Shown piece after piece: positions 22,115 through 36,600 of a stretch of 64,000 bases of DNA. Both the position numbers and the translations under genes were made by a program. This DNA is from Yuukianura sp. NJ FZ-2021 (lineage: Eukaryota), in NCBI GenBank assembly GCA_046563655.1, contig CM102285.1, positions 10,168,001 to 10,232,000 on the forward strand, read 5' to 3'. Under the pieces are notes generated by a model, which ran no database searches, had not been told where the DNA came from, and was given only the letters and a program-made list of their open reading frames with translations. Position 1 is the first letter of the stretch; every line of letters starts with the position of its first letter.

Positions 22115-23770
22115 TCAACCGGTTCCGACTGCACTTGACGTTGAGCTCTCCCTCCTCTTGCTACGACGGATACACTTTGGACAGGATTCACGTTTTGAGA
22201 AACAAATATTGTGGTAGACGGCGTTACAATGTTGGCATTGGTGAGTACCAGCGTCAAATGGAAAGATCGGTTCAATATTTTCACAGATTTCGCAAATGTA
22301 ACCTTTCCCCTGGCATATCTAAGGGCATAACATTAGCAATCAGTAATCACTAATCAGTTGCACGATTTAGAAAAATACAGATACATCAGTACGTAAACTA
22401 ATACCTGACATTCCTCTCGGATGTGTTTCAAGAATTGCGCATGGACAGACGTCAAGTATTTAATTAAAGTCCCGTTCTCCACGTCAATCAAGTCTTGCAG
22501 AGAGTACATGAACGAATTTTCAACGAAATGTTGCCTCTCCTCCAGCAATCGGAGAAGCCTGTGACTGCTGGCTTCACGGCATGTCATGAGATATCCTTTC
22601 ATTACGGTAATTTCTTCCCGTAAGCGCTGAAAATGTCGGAACGAACTTTCAACACAATAATGGCAATGTAGTAAACTGAAATTAAAAGCAAACCTTCACA
22701 GCATTTAACTCCTCAACAAAACCAAACAGCTTAGGATTTAGTGCCTCCAAATTGATGTTTGGTTTTCTAGACATCAAGGACAGGAATTGCTTCGACGCTT
22801 CGCAAACACGACGCTCTTCAAAATCCCAGTTTCGTATAATCCTCGCAGGTATGGTACTTGTGGAATTCTTATGGCAAATTGGACAGTAGTAACGTCCGTC
22901 ATAGTCACACCGCCGCGGTTCCATCCATGAGTTTTCTGAAACCCAAAACTAAAATTAAACCTGTGGGTTTTACAAAAGTGCATTCTCAGAATATGGAGAA
23001 AAAAATATGGAGACTTACTCAATGTAAAATGCACAGAACACTCAACACATTTGAAATTTTGAAATGCAATGCCCTTCTCCGGGCAAATATTTCGGATGTA
23101 CTCTGTATCCACCGATACGTTCAGAGATTGACAAGTTCGGACTACTTGGTTCAGACACTTTGAATGACACTGATAGTTACATCCTGAAAAAAAGAAACTT
23201 TATGGTTGAGCAAACAGTATTGAAAGAGTTAAGAAAAACAAAGGCGTATGTTATAATTCCTAGTCACCTTTGCAACGAAAATAGTTTTGAAGCACTGTCC
23301 AGACTACGCCATTGCATCGATCACAGTATTGCGGGGTTCTATGGATGTACTGCTTCTGAAGAACAAAATGGTGCGACTGCACAGTTCGTAGCTCTTCCGC
23401 AGAAGCAGCCGTGTCAAGTTCTTGTTCGTCTGTAAAATCCTTCAAATCCTGGAGTTTCAATCGTAGCTCAATCAAACGCTTCACCAGTTTATGACGCTCA
23501 TCCGTCACAGCCCTAGTTTGCAACACGAGGGCTTTGATCTGTTCTATAGCATTTTCCAAATCCGGAACGGTGTTGAGTGACGACATGTCTTCCTGCAAGA
23601 CAAAATAATCTCTATACCATATTTTCATCATACTTATCGTCCAACATCCTTACAGCACTAACGGCATAATAGTTTTCGTCAAGTTCAGGTGTCGATGTAG
23701 AGTCATCGCTATGTCTGCTCCCTTCTGCCGATGTTGACGAGTAATTCAAACTTTCCGTTTCCTCCAGCAT
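22115..23770 (-). CDS. DEF8: Differentially expressed in FDCP 8 homolog (C1 domain plus Rubicon-homology zinc domain)
   Basis: Exons 23770-23654, 23592-23268, 23183-23019, 22935-22694, 22626-22405 and 22318-22115. Motifs LVKRLIELRLKLQ, C1 domain (HHF...CDRC...CKGCNYQCHSKC), ICPEKGIAFQNFKCVEC, RRCDYDGRYYCPICH, IPARIIRNWDF and CQICQGKGYICEIC. Confidence 0.93.
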
Positions 23771-25604
23771 TTTGGAAGTTAACTAAAAAATTAACCCAAT
23801 TTCTGTTAACACAATCACTTTCAACATCAAATTTAATTTTCCAATACAAATTCTTTAGAGCCTTTACCTTAGCTTCGTAATCGCAATCAAAGCTTCTGTG
23901 ATTTTTTGGCTCAGCCCATCCCCTTTTTATCCGTACGTTTCTGCTCTCATATCAAACCTAATTAACGTCTTGGTCCTTATTAATAATTGTGAAATAAGAA
24001 CAATGTTCAACAATACTAAAGTGCTTTAATCTCCCTAAAAAAAAGTAAACAAACCAAAAACATTTAATTTTTGACCTGTACTATCTTCCTTTTTCTGCTG
24101 TAGCAAGCAGCTGTAGCTGTATACAAAAATAATATTCGTGTCGCTTTAGCGGTTCCACACAAACACCTCTTTTTCGCACCTCTCACCAGTGCTGTTCATC
24201 TAAAGTAAAAATTAGAATTTTTTATTCTTCAACTTAATGTTCTCCTATACCTAAATTCCCTCACTGCGTAAAAATTAATTGTGTATTTTTAATGAAGGTC
24301 TTATTAATCAACTGCTAATTATTTAATTGTAATTAATGCCACCATCCAGGAGAGACTACGACAGCTGAGTTTTCAAAACTGACCATATTGTATTACGGGC
24401 GGGAAATCTCAAGTTTGAATTCTTAACATTTTCCATTCAACCAATCCATGTCCTCCTCATCCTTCCTGAGAAGTGGCTCCGAATCGCAGAATCGAGCGCC
24501 CAAGGTGCTTGGCGTACAGGCGAAAATAAATTTAAAACCGACAATTGCAATGTATGTATTATTAGTTAAATAATATTAATGAAATAACATTAATGGAAAG
24601 AAACCTCAGCGGATTCAGGTACAGCGAAGCAATCATCGGTTTTTAACGCAAAAATTTCGTTAAGGTTCACGACACGGGTAACCCCCCATAACGAGCAGAT
24701 GGTGCGCAGCGGCAACGCTGCGAATTTGTGTCGTAAGGTGGTGAGTGGGAAGGGTGTTTTTCAACAGCAGTGTCGTAGAGCTGGGAATGAGCTTTGTTTT
24801 GCGTCTTGTAGTAAACATTTTTTTCTAAATTAAACTTCAGTAATCGTATAATCCTAAAGATCATTTCAACGGGATCACCAAGGGTCAATTGTTACGAAAT
24901 CTCGGAGGAATTCCTTTTAAATACCCGGGAATGTTCGTTAAGGTAAGAAACTGAAAGTTTACTACAACATGCCGTGTAAACTCCTTTTCCTGCCTGCTGC
25001 TGCTGCGACTGCCTCCTCAATATCCGAGATCCTACCGACTGACTGACCGAAGAAACCCACACTTTTAACATGGCTTCGCTTTCGCTCCTCGCAAAAATAA
25101 CATCTTACATAGTAATACTTATCATTCCAAGTCCATATAACATAGTACTACCCATATCATCTTCAATTCAATCCATCCGATCCCCATGTCGCTTCACACT
25201 CATCTCGTTTCATTCCAGAAAATTTAGACCTTTTTGAACAAAACCCTCCTTCGACCTCACATGAATTGATAATACAAAAAGTAGAAGAAAAGAAAAAATA
25301 GAAGTCCGGTTCTAAAGCAAATTAATCAGATTTAGTCATTAAATCTTACAGATCATCCTCTTCGTCACTAGCATCTCTAAACGATCAATTTTTTATTACA
25401 TACGGACAATTCCAAGGAAATAAGGAGAAGAGCACTGAAGAATAATCAAACTGAAACCTGGACAGACGCAGAAACTGGAAAACTGGCATGCAACGACCAT
25501 TCTGTGTATGAGTTTTTACTTAATTTGTGATTCTCTAGCGGACTACTGAAGCTAGGATCGAATATCTTCGTTGGCTGAATACAAAGTAGTGTCCTTCATA
25601 AAGG

Positions 25605-27861
25605 ATGATGCTGAGTTCTCAAGCGGTCGGTCAAAGACCTGTCCAACCCGTGGTAAGCATAAAACCAATTAACACGGTGTTGAAAATGTGTATTACAATG
25701 AACTCAGAACTGATTCCAATTTACTTTTTTCATTCTAGGCGTATACTCCTACATTTGGTAAAGATGAAGTGATAAACTGGTTTCGAAATGCTCCTGGGTC
25801 TACACGGATAGACACAATGTGTTGTCTTTTGAATTGCTGTCTCCCTTTTGAAATCCGTTTGATTGGAACAGTACTAGAAACGTTTGGGAGGAAGGAATTT
25901 CACCAGTTACGCGAAATGACTGACAGGGCAAACAAGCCGGGAAGAAGAGGAACGGGAAAAACGCTTGATGAATGTGTGGCTACATTTTATGAAAGCATAA
26001 AAGGCAAGGACGACGATGTTCGAAGAGGTAGCTCGGCCGTATCCCAGAACTCAAATACCTCAGCAACATCCTCTACTAGTTCGACAACAACCAATGTCAA
26101 TGCTCCAACGATTAATGCCAATCCTCAAACGCATTTAAATCCGAATTTTACTGCAAAACCCCTAACCAGTCATCAACTTCAACCCCAACCTCTGAGCAGC
26201 GGTGAGATAGACCATAACTTTACATCCGTTCTTGGGATTTTTGATTCTTTGTCTTCCCTCTTCAGCGTTTCGTTTACTCAAGTTTCATTTTTTTTCCAGT
26301 TGTAGCACAAGAGACTTCACAGTCGAACCGTCCTATCGCAGCTCACAAGACTGAGCCGATGCGATCCCTTCAAGTCTACGAGCCACCTCAACTTCGGCAG
26401 CAGATTCAAAGAAATCATTCTCCTGCTGTTGCTGCTCCCACGCCTATTCCTCAGCCAATTGTAAACGGAATTGGTACTGGAAAGCGGAGTAATTGTAGTT
26501 CAGAAGATGAAAACGAGTCTTCAACAAAAGATTACCGTGTTCTCGAGAATAAAGTTACAAGGCAGAAGATTATACTCTACTTGTCTCTTCTGTCCTCAAC
26601 TAATCATGAAGCAGCCCTGGTGTACTACTCTCTAATATCCCAAGTTAACAAAACGGTGGGTGACAGTGACTGGATGGAGCAAGAATCCGAAGCAACGCTG
26701 GAGGAAGTTACGCTTCTCTATACAATAGGTATTCACCATCCAGCCTTTTCCTACGAACAGCGGCTGATGCTCTCCGAAATCCTTGTCAAGGTTCGCCGCG
26801 AACTCCAGCGAAAGAAGAGTCAAGCATATGCTCAGCAGGTTTTTTCGCCTGTCCAGGCAAGTCCCTGTTCCTTTATTAATCTTCTGTAAGTACATCAATC
26901 GATAACGTCACAACGTACGGTTTACGCAGCACCGGAATAAGTTGAGAAAATTACTTAATCAGCGTTTATAATTGATCTTACATGTTTGCGACCTTGTTCT
27001 TCTATTTTACTCATTCGAAGTTTGATTTTTCAGGGTTTCGAGTCGCAGTACCCACATCACGGCCAGCAGTTATACTTTCATATACCATCTAGTATGACAC
27101 CACCTCATCTTCATTCTTCTCTACCATCATTGGAGCACATTGGGACTCCACCTCCGCAGCTTCCAGCTCAAGGAAGTTCTGGAGGACCACAAGGAATTCC
27201 AAATGCTTTGACTCGCCCTGTTCCACTTGTTGACACATCAAGACTACCTCCCGCGCCACAAATTAGTTATTATCAAACACTACCGTTTCCTCCATACCCT
27301 GGAATGCAAGGCATGGGAACAAGTACACATCCTCAGAATCCAGCGTACATCAGTGCTCCGCCACTTGTTACAAATGTTGGGCAGTTGAGCGGTGCGATTC
27401 GGTCTAGTTCGCCGAACAATATTCCAGCTCCTGCCCATGGAAATGACGGTAAGCCATCGAAGTTCACTTCAAATGATTCGGCAACTAATCACATCAAACA
27501 TTAAATTAATTATTGTTTTAGCAGGAGCAGTACCTCCTAGTGCCAAGGTGGAGAAGCTACCGCCACCACTTTACGAAAAGATACCCGCTCCATCTTTAGA
27601 ACCAGCCCCCAATTTTCCAGTTAGTCGACCTGAGAAGGTGTCTTGTTTTAACTGTGGTCATCAGGGGCATTCTGGAGTTGAATGTGAGCTAGCGTCCATT
27701 GAGCAGATGAGTCATCGTAAGTTGTTGCTTTTTACATATCTAACTAAGTTAGTAACTTACAACAAATTATGATCTTTGGGTACTAACTCGTTTCTTTTTT
27801 GTGTACAGATTTATTTCGCCTGAAATACGAGGATAATAACAATAAGAACGCGAATAATTAA
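25605..27861 (+). CDS. ZCCHC14: Zinc-knuckle protein of the ZCCHC14/ZCCHC2 family (compact, about 575 aa)
   Basis: Exons 25605-25652, 25739-26201, 26300-26856, 27034-27448, 27522/27525-27716 and 27809-27861. N-terminal VINWF...RIDTMCCLLNCCLPFEIRLIGTVLETFGRKEFHQLR, HPAFSYEQR, and C-terminal SCFNCGHQGHSGVEC...FRLKY. Confidence 0.82.
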
Positions 27862-28393
27862 GTTTCATATATTAAAGATAAGAGAAAAGATGGAAAGGTC
27901 ACGTTTTTCTTTTTGTGATGACCTAGCCTAACTTTTAAAAGCATGATACTTTTTAAAAATACATTAGACAAGCGTAGACTTGGAAAAAAGAATACTTTTA
28001 ATGGAATCGATGAGTAGAACAAACAATACTGTTTAAAACAGGTTAAAAAGTATAATTGTTCGCACGTTATTTAGGGTTAAGTTTTGACTGTTTAAACTTC
28101 TAAAATAAGATTTCTGTTCGTGTTGTTACCATTTTTTTAATTAATGATATAATATACATATACTATATATAAATCTGTAGGTAACTCTAATTTTATTATT
28201 GAATCTTGCGACGACGATATCTAAGAATTATTACACAGAGTACACATGTGCTTGGCGACACGACTTTTTCAAGCATTATTAAACAAAATCAAGTCGGTAC
28301 ATATTATATTTTTTGAATTTAAACAATGAGTTAATAATATCTATAGTTCTGTAAATCTGTTGTTTAAAACTGTTATTTTTGAGCTCCGTTTTT

Positions 28394-31300
28394 TTAAGTT
28401 TTTGCAACAGGCGCTCTGTAGTTTGAAATATTGTGCTCAATTGTAACGGATTCTCCGCCAACATGGACAATGGAATGTCGTTGTCTCTTCTGCTCAACGT
28501 AGTGATCGTCACAAAATTCCATGATTCGGTCTAAAGCAATCATCAATTGTTCTTTGGGAACAGTTAGGACAATCCGGAAGTAGTCGGGATACTCGAAGCA
28601 CTGGAATGGTAACAATTCAAAATTTCAAAATCCTCCATTTTGAATATAAAATTTGTAATTTTTTAGTATTTTTTTACTTTTCCAGGCAAGCAGAAAACAG
28701 ACTGCTCAGAAACCATGGACTCCACAAATTGAAATTCAGTTGCAAATTCTGGAAAGCGTTCCATTTCAATTCCAACCTGCAAAAGAACTCTTGTAAGATT
28801 TCCGTTTTGCATGTTGTGCAAATTTTGTTTTTTCGGTTTGGTTGGTTTTTCTTTTTACCATCAAGTACATCGCTCCTTGCGGTTTTACGGGATGAAGTCC
28901 AGCACATAATTGCAGTCTTTCAAAAGCAAGTTCAGCGTTTTCCTTTTTTAGAAAAAGTGTGTTTTTTTTTAATTTTGAATTGTGTAATAATTTCTATTTG
29001 GTTCATATTTTCAGAGAAAAATTTACTTGGACTTGAGCAATGGTGTCATCAAAGAAGGAGGTTGGAGTTTCCTTCAGAATTTCCGGAAGTGCTCCCTGGA
29101 CCAGCGTATTGCTCCCGATGATGCGCTGACTCAAAGCCTGAAGCCCGGATCGAATCTAAGACGGAATTCCAAGTCACGTAAGTAAATACTACTGTGCTTA
29201 ACATGTGAAAATGATTGAAATCCTTGATGTAATTGGTTTGCTTTGACTTCTTTACCTCAGGCTCGAAACTATTATTTCTGTCATGAATTAAAATCCAGCC
29301 CATTCTCCATCCAGGCACGAGAAATCTACACAAGAATTGTTAAAATCACATGGCCAGAACAGGGTTACAGTATGATCTGGATTTGACCTGTCACCTTTTC
29401 GTCAATCCGCTGCATGTCAGAATTGGCACATTTTTGCTCAACGTGGCTAATGGATAAAATGTTTCTCCTTTGAAAACCTGTTGAGAAAAGAAAATCAAAA
29501 GTAGAAAGAAGCCAGACACGAGGAGTGAAAAGCAAAGGTTTCGCGGAGGTCGCTTTCTCTGGTGAAAGTGGTGCGGAGCTAATGTAATCAAAGTCCTCCG
29601 TCCTATAAACCTTTGTTTATTCACGTGGAGGTTTCAATGTGAAAAGTGAAAATTAGAAAGCAGTTAACAATGAAGTCTTACGAAGAAGTCGTAGATTTCA
29701 TCGGCAATGATCGGAATGGAATGACGCTCAGCTACTTCCAAAATGGCAAGAAGATGAGAACGACTGTAGACTGATCCACATGGATTGCTGGGATTGTTAA
29801 CAACGATAGCAGCAGTGTTTTTATCAATTGCAGATTCCAATTGGTCCAGATCAACTTCCCAACCTCGCTCAGGCTGTAAGTAAAGAAGCGAATTGAATTA
29901 TTAAAAAAAAAACTTCAAGAAACTAATTTTGGTTATTTCTAGAGGCGTTTTTTTAAAAGATGTTTCTGAGAAAAACTTTCTCCTTTCTCCGCTGATAATG
30001 ATATTCAAAATGTTAAGGAAAGTTTTAGACGTTTCTTTCTTTAGAACTCGTGAAGCACTCGAGTGTTTCTTTTTAAAGAACTTTTTTTTTTTTAAAAAAA
30101 GTGCTGGTTTTAGCAAAACTTCTCACTTTTACAATTACACTTTCACATTTACGATTTAAATTCTTGAATCTTTTTGGAACTTTCAAATTCCGTTTGCGAA
30201 AAAAAGTTTGCTAAAAATAAAATGGTAATCCTTGGTCTAGACGAAACTGCAATAAAGCCATGCATTTTTGTATTACGTTGGGTTAGGAAGTGAAAGTCGG
30301 TTTCAAAGAGACTTTCTTTGGAAAGGGAGGGCGTGGGGTTTCGGATTTAAAAAGATTTCTAGTGATTAATGATCTTTTGAAACTGTAAAACTTTTACCAA
30401 AAGATTGTACTGCTTTGTCTTGATCCCATAGGCAGTTGCTAGCGTGCGGTACAGAGGGAAAGCAGGGCATGGAACCAGAATATTTTGACCTCTTCCTCCA
30501 ATGGCAGCGATACAAAGGTCAAGGGCATGTGAACAACCGCTACAAAGAATAATGTCCTGAAATACGATTTTAAAACACAACGTTTTAAGAATTCCTTTTT
30601 AAAACTAATGTTAAAATGCTAACCTCGGACGTAATTGGAGCTTCTGGAGTTGAGTAGTAATCGGCCACAGCTTGGCGTGAATTTTTGAATCCGGGAGTTG
30701 GGGCATATCCATTGTGAAGCATAGTATCAATAGATTTTTGCATTGCGCTGATGATTGTTTCATGTGGTTTTAGATTTCCAAAAACGGTAGGATCTCCTGG
30801 AAAGTCATTTTAATTTACAATTTAATTGCGGCCTTTTCATCTCACTGCGTATTTCAATTTTCATCTCTCCTTGTATGTATGATGAAGATGAGACAAGAGG
30901 TTAATTCAATGTTATAACTATGTGGTGAAACAGGTGAAATGGCAGAATTGCTGTAAAGCAGTTCACCTTCAAAGCTAATACTCTTACGTTCTGCATTTTT
31001 CTTAGAATTTAAAGCAAGAGTCACTTTTCAATATGAGCTTATTGGTTGAATTTGTAGTTTGAAAACGAGTAGTTAGTATGCTTAAATTATGATTTTGTTT
31101 TAAGAAAGTTGTTCTGTGAGTGAATAGTGCATTCGGTTTATTCGAAAAGGAAGCCCCTCCCCTTCTCAATTTCAACTATTAAAGTTGTTTTAAAGCGAAA
31201 TAAGTCTGTTGCATCACCGAAATTAGGAATTACTTGAGCATCACTTTATACAAGAAGATTTCATGACCAATGATGCACGTGATGGATGAAAGTTCTGGAA

Positions 31301-32219
31301 ACTGGATTTGAATTTAAATTTGCAAAAATTGAATAAATTCATAGTCTTGAACAACTTATATTCAATCGTAATTAGTGTCAAGTTAGCTTTTTTAGTCTGC
31401 AAAAGTTTGCAATGTTGCAAAAACTCGTTTGAAGCGCAATTCGAAATGGGTTTAACCATCCGCACGGCACCTTCAGCAGGAACCTTCATTAACATTTGCC
31501 CTTGACAGCATTTTAACATTGTTTGAGGTCAAGAGATTTTTAAAATTAGAAAAAAAAAATAAAAATTAGAAGATGATTCGATTAAGATGAGGGAAATCTT
31601 TTTTCATTTTGAACTTTCATTTGTTGATCTGGTTTTTAGTATGTTAAAATGGTTCTAATTGATATTGTCGTTTGAAATCTTTCGCAATCTTAGTCTTCGA
31701 CAGGATTACATCAAATTATGTCAGAATTTGACATTGGTGATACATTGATGTCAATGTCACTTGATGTGCGCATCAATAGCGTCACTGCGTACAAAGGAAA
31801 ATTTTGTCCACAATAATCCTGTGCAAATTCCAAATACTTGTTTGAATTTAGCGTCTATTGCACGAACGCGGAATTGTATATTTTCCAAAAAATAAAGCGT
31901 CTAGTGTCTAGAACTACTAGAGTAATGGACAAGGTGCCAAATATTACAAGTGCCATTTGTACATGCTAATGGTAATAGGATATATTAATGAGTCCATTGT
32001 TTTTCAACATTATTTTAATTGAAATGTTAACACCTTACCAATTGAGAGAGCAATCATATGCTTGTTGGGATGCGGATCCAATTTCATGCTGTCCACAATT
32101 GAGCGAATTGGATTGAAAGTGCTTTTGGCAAATTCGGAAGCCCTGATTGTCCAAGGCTTTCCTGCTTTGGAATTGGAACTGCCCTGAGCACTGGCCTTCG
32201 TGACGTCTGTAGCAGCCAT
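28394..32219 (-). CDS. TAT: Tyrosine aminotransferase (PLP-dependent, class I)
   Basis: Ten exons: 32219-32039, 30796-30624, 30556-30398, 29873-29682, 29477-29395, 29325-29256, 29155-29027, 28942-28859, 28776-28678 and 28600-28394. Motifs [54 protein letters not shown] (PLP lysine) and PQGAMYLM. Confidence 0.97.
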
Positions 32220-33626
32220 TTCAAAGAGGGGATACTTGAAGTATACTTGAACTTCGGAGCCCTTAAATTTTTTGAAAATCTTCCTCTAGCGTTCGGAATT
32301 CGAAGGACGCTAAAACCTTGACTATCAGAGGTTATTCCGAAAGAGAAAACCTTGCTCTAAAAATAGCGGAAGATCTTCAGGAGTCAGTCAACCCCTGTTT
32401 TTATGATCTGATTCTCACAAAAATAATTCAAAAATTAACTTTTAAAGATCAATCAATTACTCCTAACAAGTCATACAAATGTCCAATTGACTGTCAAAAT
32501 TTACTGGAAAGTGAAAATTAAAATAATTACGACAGAAATAAAAAATCCAGTCTTTGCGCGAGGCGAATCCTCCTGCTTTGCGAAGACGCAGTTGAAAAAT
32601 GAGCTTTGACAAGTACTTTTTCGATCTATTCATTTAAAAGGAGCCTCCTTACTTGTCTTCTATCGTTGCAGAAAGACCAGTTCAGATCCAAATCCACTTT
32701 TTGTCGTTTAGAACGAGTTTTTTAAATAACTAGCGTCATCATTATCCAGATTCTTATGCTGCTTTTGCAGGTCTTGGTCAAGTTTTTGTGAGAGACGAAA
32801 TGTGATTGGATGTCGAGGTGGGAAGAACGCCTAAAGTCTACGTTGGATTGGCGATGAGATTTTGATGGAAACTGGTTGGAATGACTAGGTGTGGCTGGCA
32901 TCACGCCATGATGGAATCGTTGTGACTTGGCAACGACACTGTTGTACCTTAACGTAAGTTTCAATAGACCTCTTACTTTTGGTTCATCCGTGCACACCTT
33001 AGGCTTTAAGTAAGTCTTGGGCACGAATACTGGTCAATTATGGGCTTCTGACGTTGAAATCACATGGGAAACAATTTAGAATGGGATTTACAATTTCTGA
33101 AATTCATTTTATTACTATATAATTTCTTTATGTGCGTAAGAGAAAAAGTACACTGATCCCATAAGTTTATTCATCTAAAAACTGTAACAAAAACTTGTCA
33201 GTCGCAGAGGTACTGGAGCTTTTGTGCTTACAAATTATAAATTACAATGTAGTTTCCTAATTGCGTACTTACTGTAATGCCTGACGTATTTTGGAGTATT
33301 TTTTTATATATGTTTTTCCCAATTTCGAAAAAATAATGTAAAAATTATCCGTTTTATGGCAAAGAAAGTTCGCAAAGAAAACATCAGCTTCAGGTTGGCA
33401 GATCTTAATTGAGTATTGACGTACAATTTGGTTTTCGAGTAAACAATAGAACTCACACGACTCAAAACCACAGTTTTATTGAATGTATAGAATTCTGTAG
33501 CGATTGCATTTGAAAAGATCTTTTTATTCAGCAAAGCACAATGAATGATTTTTAGCCAAAAACTTACAAAGTGTTTTAATATTTGAAGATTTTCCAAATT
33601 TTTGGTTATTTAGGTGAAAGTGTTCT

Positions 33627-36600
33627 TCACAATGGTATTTCTTCTTGGATTACCTAAAATACGAAAAGAATTTTCACTTGTTTCACTGAATTTTGAAAAC
33701 GATTCACGGGCTCAAGGCTCATTAACACAGAAACAAAAAGGAGAAGTGTTTTTGCAAATTCTTGGCTCGTGAACTTGTCAGCGGAAAGTTTTACACCAAC
33801 TTTCTTAATAAATCACAAATTGCAATTTTTTGTGCCAACAAAACAAGTTTCGATACCGTACTTTTTAATAATGGAATTTTTCCTACCCCAAATTACTTAA
33901 ACTTGTCCAGTTTTGCAATCGCTGTGAACTATGCAACGGTAAATGTTAAAATTAGTTTGATTAACTCACCTTTAGTAGAAGTGGACGGTAGTCTGAATCT
34001 GTCGTTCCGTATGACCTTGGTGGCATCTTTTTACATGCCCGCTTTACTATAGTTTCCAAATCGTCATTGGTTAAAATTGGAATCGGATCCAGCCGATTGT
34101 CCCAAACGAGATTTCCCAAGTACTCTGTAAAGTGATTTCTAAAACCAGCATCCAATTACCAGTTAACTCAATGCTAAATGCTAAAGCATTAGTTAACTAA
34201 ATGTTAAGTTTAAACTGAATCATTACTGGCAAACTTCTAAGCACCCCTTGTTGACATCTTGAGTACAAGTTCCATCGACGAGTCCATCAGGCGTCTCTTT
34301 TTGTAAAGCCACGGAACATTTTACAGGTCGAACTGACTGTGACGAGTCACTTTGATCTGCTTCTGACTCTGGCCCCTTAGCATTGTCCGAGAAAATAACT
34401 CCAGAATCCTGAATTTCACAAAATGTGAAAAATTGAAAGTTTGCGTTAGACTACTCTTACTTTTACTTTAAAATTTACAAATCCTACTTTGAGCAGTTTC
34501 ATAAGAAGCTCCGGTTCCTTATCCCTCAGGTAAAATAGGCAATTCCTGGGATGATGCGCATGAAGACCAAGTTTGGCACAGAATGCTGCGTTTTCTTTAC
34601 AGCGTAGCCCCATGGCAAATGGAGCTAAACATCCAGAACAGAATTCATAGCGACATTGGGAACATGTTAGATGCATACAGCCTCCTCTAGCTAACGTAAA
34701 TTTCAAATGACACTTGGGGCATTGGATGCTGTTATCGTTTAGGTATTCAGCGATGGACTTCGGTTTGACCTTCCGGGGGTCATCGCAGAAGAGGTCAGAG
34801 TTCCGTTCGTCACGATGCTCATGGTTGAACTTGTCCCACTGCCAATTTCAATTTAGCAAAGAAAAACTAAACTAAAGTTAAGTTTTAGTTGAAACTCAAA
34901 TCTAAAGAAACTCTGTACCGGTTCTAAGCAAATTGCGCATGTCACTGCGTTGCAGTCTGGACAAATGAGGTGTGTCTGAAGGGGTTCTGTGATGAAGCCT
35001 GATGAACACTATTTTCAAAATAACAAAATTGTAAATTGCAAAATTTTTCATGAATTTTACACTGAGTCAAAAACGAAAGCCAGGCAACCTTTGAACACCA
35101 TTTGAAATTCGGTGTTTGCGACAGAGTCCAATCCCTTAACTTCCTCCCAAACATGTCATAGTGGTGTTCGTCCAGAAGATCTTTGAGCAGAATTTCAAGA
35201 TGGCTGAAATAGTCCGTCGCTGAATCCGAATCCTCGGTTAGGTTAGTCGGTTCTTTGCAAAATGGGCAAGTAGCTCCCAAAATTGACTGGTCACGAATTT
35301 GAACCATAAAATACTCCGTAGCACAGGTCCGACAGCATGAATGGTTGCACCGAAGCATTGAAATCATCTACACACCAAACATCCATATTGACAATTGACA
35401 AATGCACGGGAAATCATCTTTCTCTGTAGCCTTTTGTACTATGGAAGTATCCGGCAATGACTTTTAAACTTTCCCTATTTCTAAAAAATCTGAATAAAAA
35501 AATCCGTTTTTTGAAGAAATTCTTCACACGACACGTTTTGAAGAAATGGTGTAGAGAACGACCATGAACTCGCATTTTTGTCAGATTCAAGGTTCAATTG
35601 TACAGTACAAGTTGTGCAGTACAAATATTGACAACTCACGAGTTCAACTCATGACTCAAGAGTTGAAAAAATCAGCAAACAGTGAAAGCAATACTTTCCG
35701 TAATTAAAAAGTGAAAGTCCGGCACCGGTTTCATGTGTTCTAGTTGTGCTCATTAACTTGAACTGACGCACTTCCATTTCCTAAATATTTGCCGAAGGTT
35801 TTTTGCGTTTTAGCGCTGAAATGATACTTTACCTGTTTGGCACTGAATTTCCCTGTACAGAGCTGACACTCTTGTTGGAGAAAGCTGATGGCAGTGTACA
35901 GGGATGAGCATTCGTTTGCGGCGTGAATGGAGTCACTTTCACTGAAATTCATATCCATTAATTTGTAGGCCAACTCCGCCTTCTCCAGTGTGAGAACTTT
36001 ACCAGATTCCAAAAGAATTTGCACCCCATTCTAAAAAGAATTTGAAAAAAATAGGCTTTATAAGTTTCTGAAAAAGTTTATCCCTTCCGTCATTCCAGAA
36101 TTCGGTGGAATATAAAGTTATATTTGTTACAATAAACTTTTTAATGCACTGCAATCTGCAATGATGAGCAATTTTGTCCAAAATTTTATTACTGCCGTTT
36201 CATTGCTATGCAAGATGCACTTTTTAAAAATTCTGAAAGTTTGGAGAACTTTTTAAAGAAATAAAGTGAAAGTCAATAAAGTGATTTTCACTTGATTGAT
36301 TTAAAAAACTTTTCTTACATTTTTATTCAAGTCTGAAGATGTCTCTTGAAATGCTGCTTCATTGAGTGCATATGCAACTTCTGCCCACTTTGTATCCAGT
36401 TCCCCCTCGCCTTCATCAATTGAATCATCTTCACTAGGGTAATCTTCAAGGTCACTTAGAATCTCGTTTTCGCTTTCACCAGCTTCACCCCCAGAAAAGC
36501 TTTGCAGCAGCTCGTGCTCCACTTGTCTAATTCCATTCAAGTCGTCTTCAACTGGCAGTTCAAGGGCGTCAGTTACCATGTCACCCAAAGATGACATTCT

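Noticed and set aside
33894..33931. [11 protein letters not shown] as the LUBEL terminal exon
   Set aside because: Needs a 41-nt intron; VIQEEIPL* at 33653-33627 fits the HOIP-type ending better.
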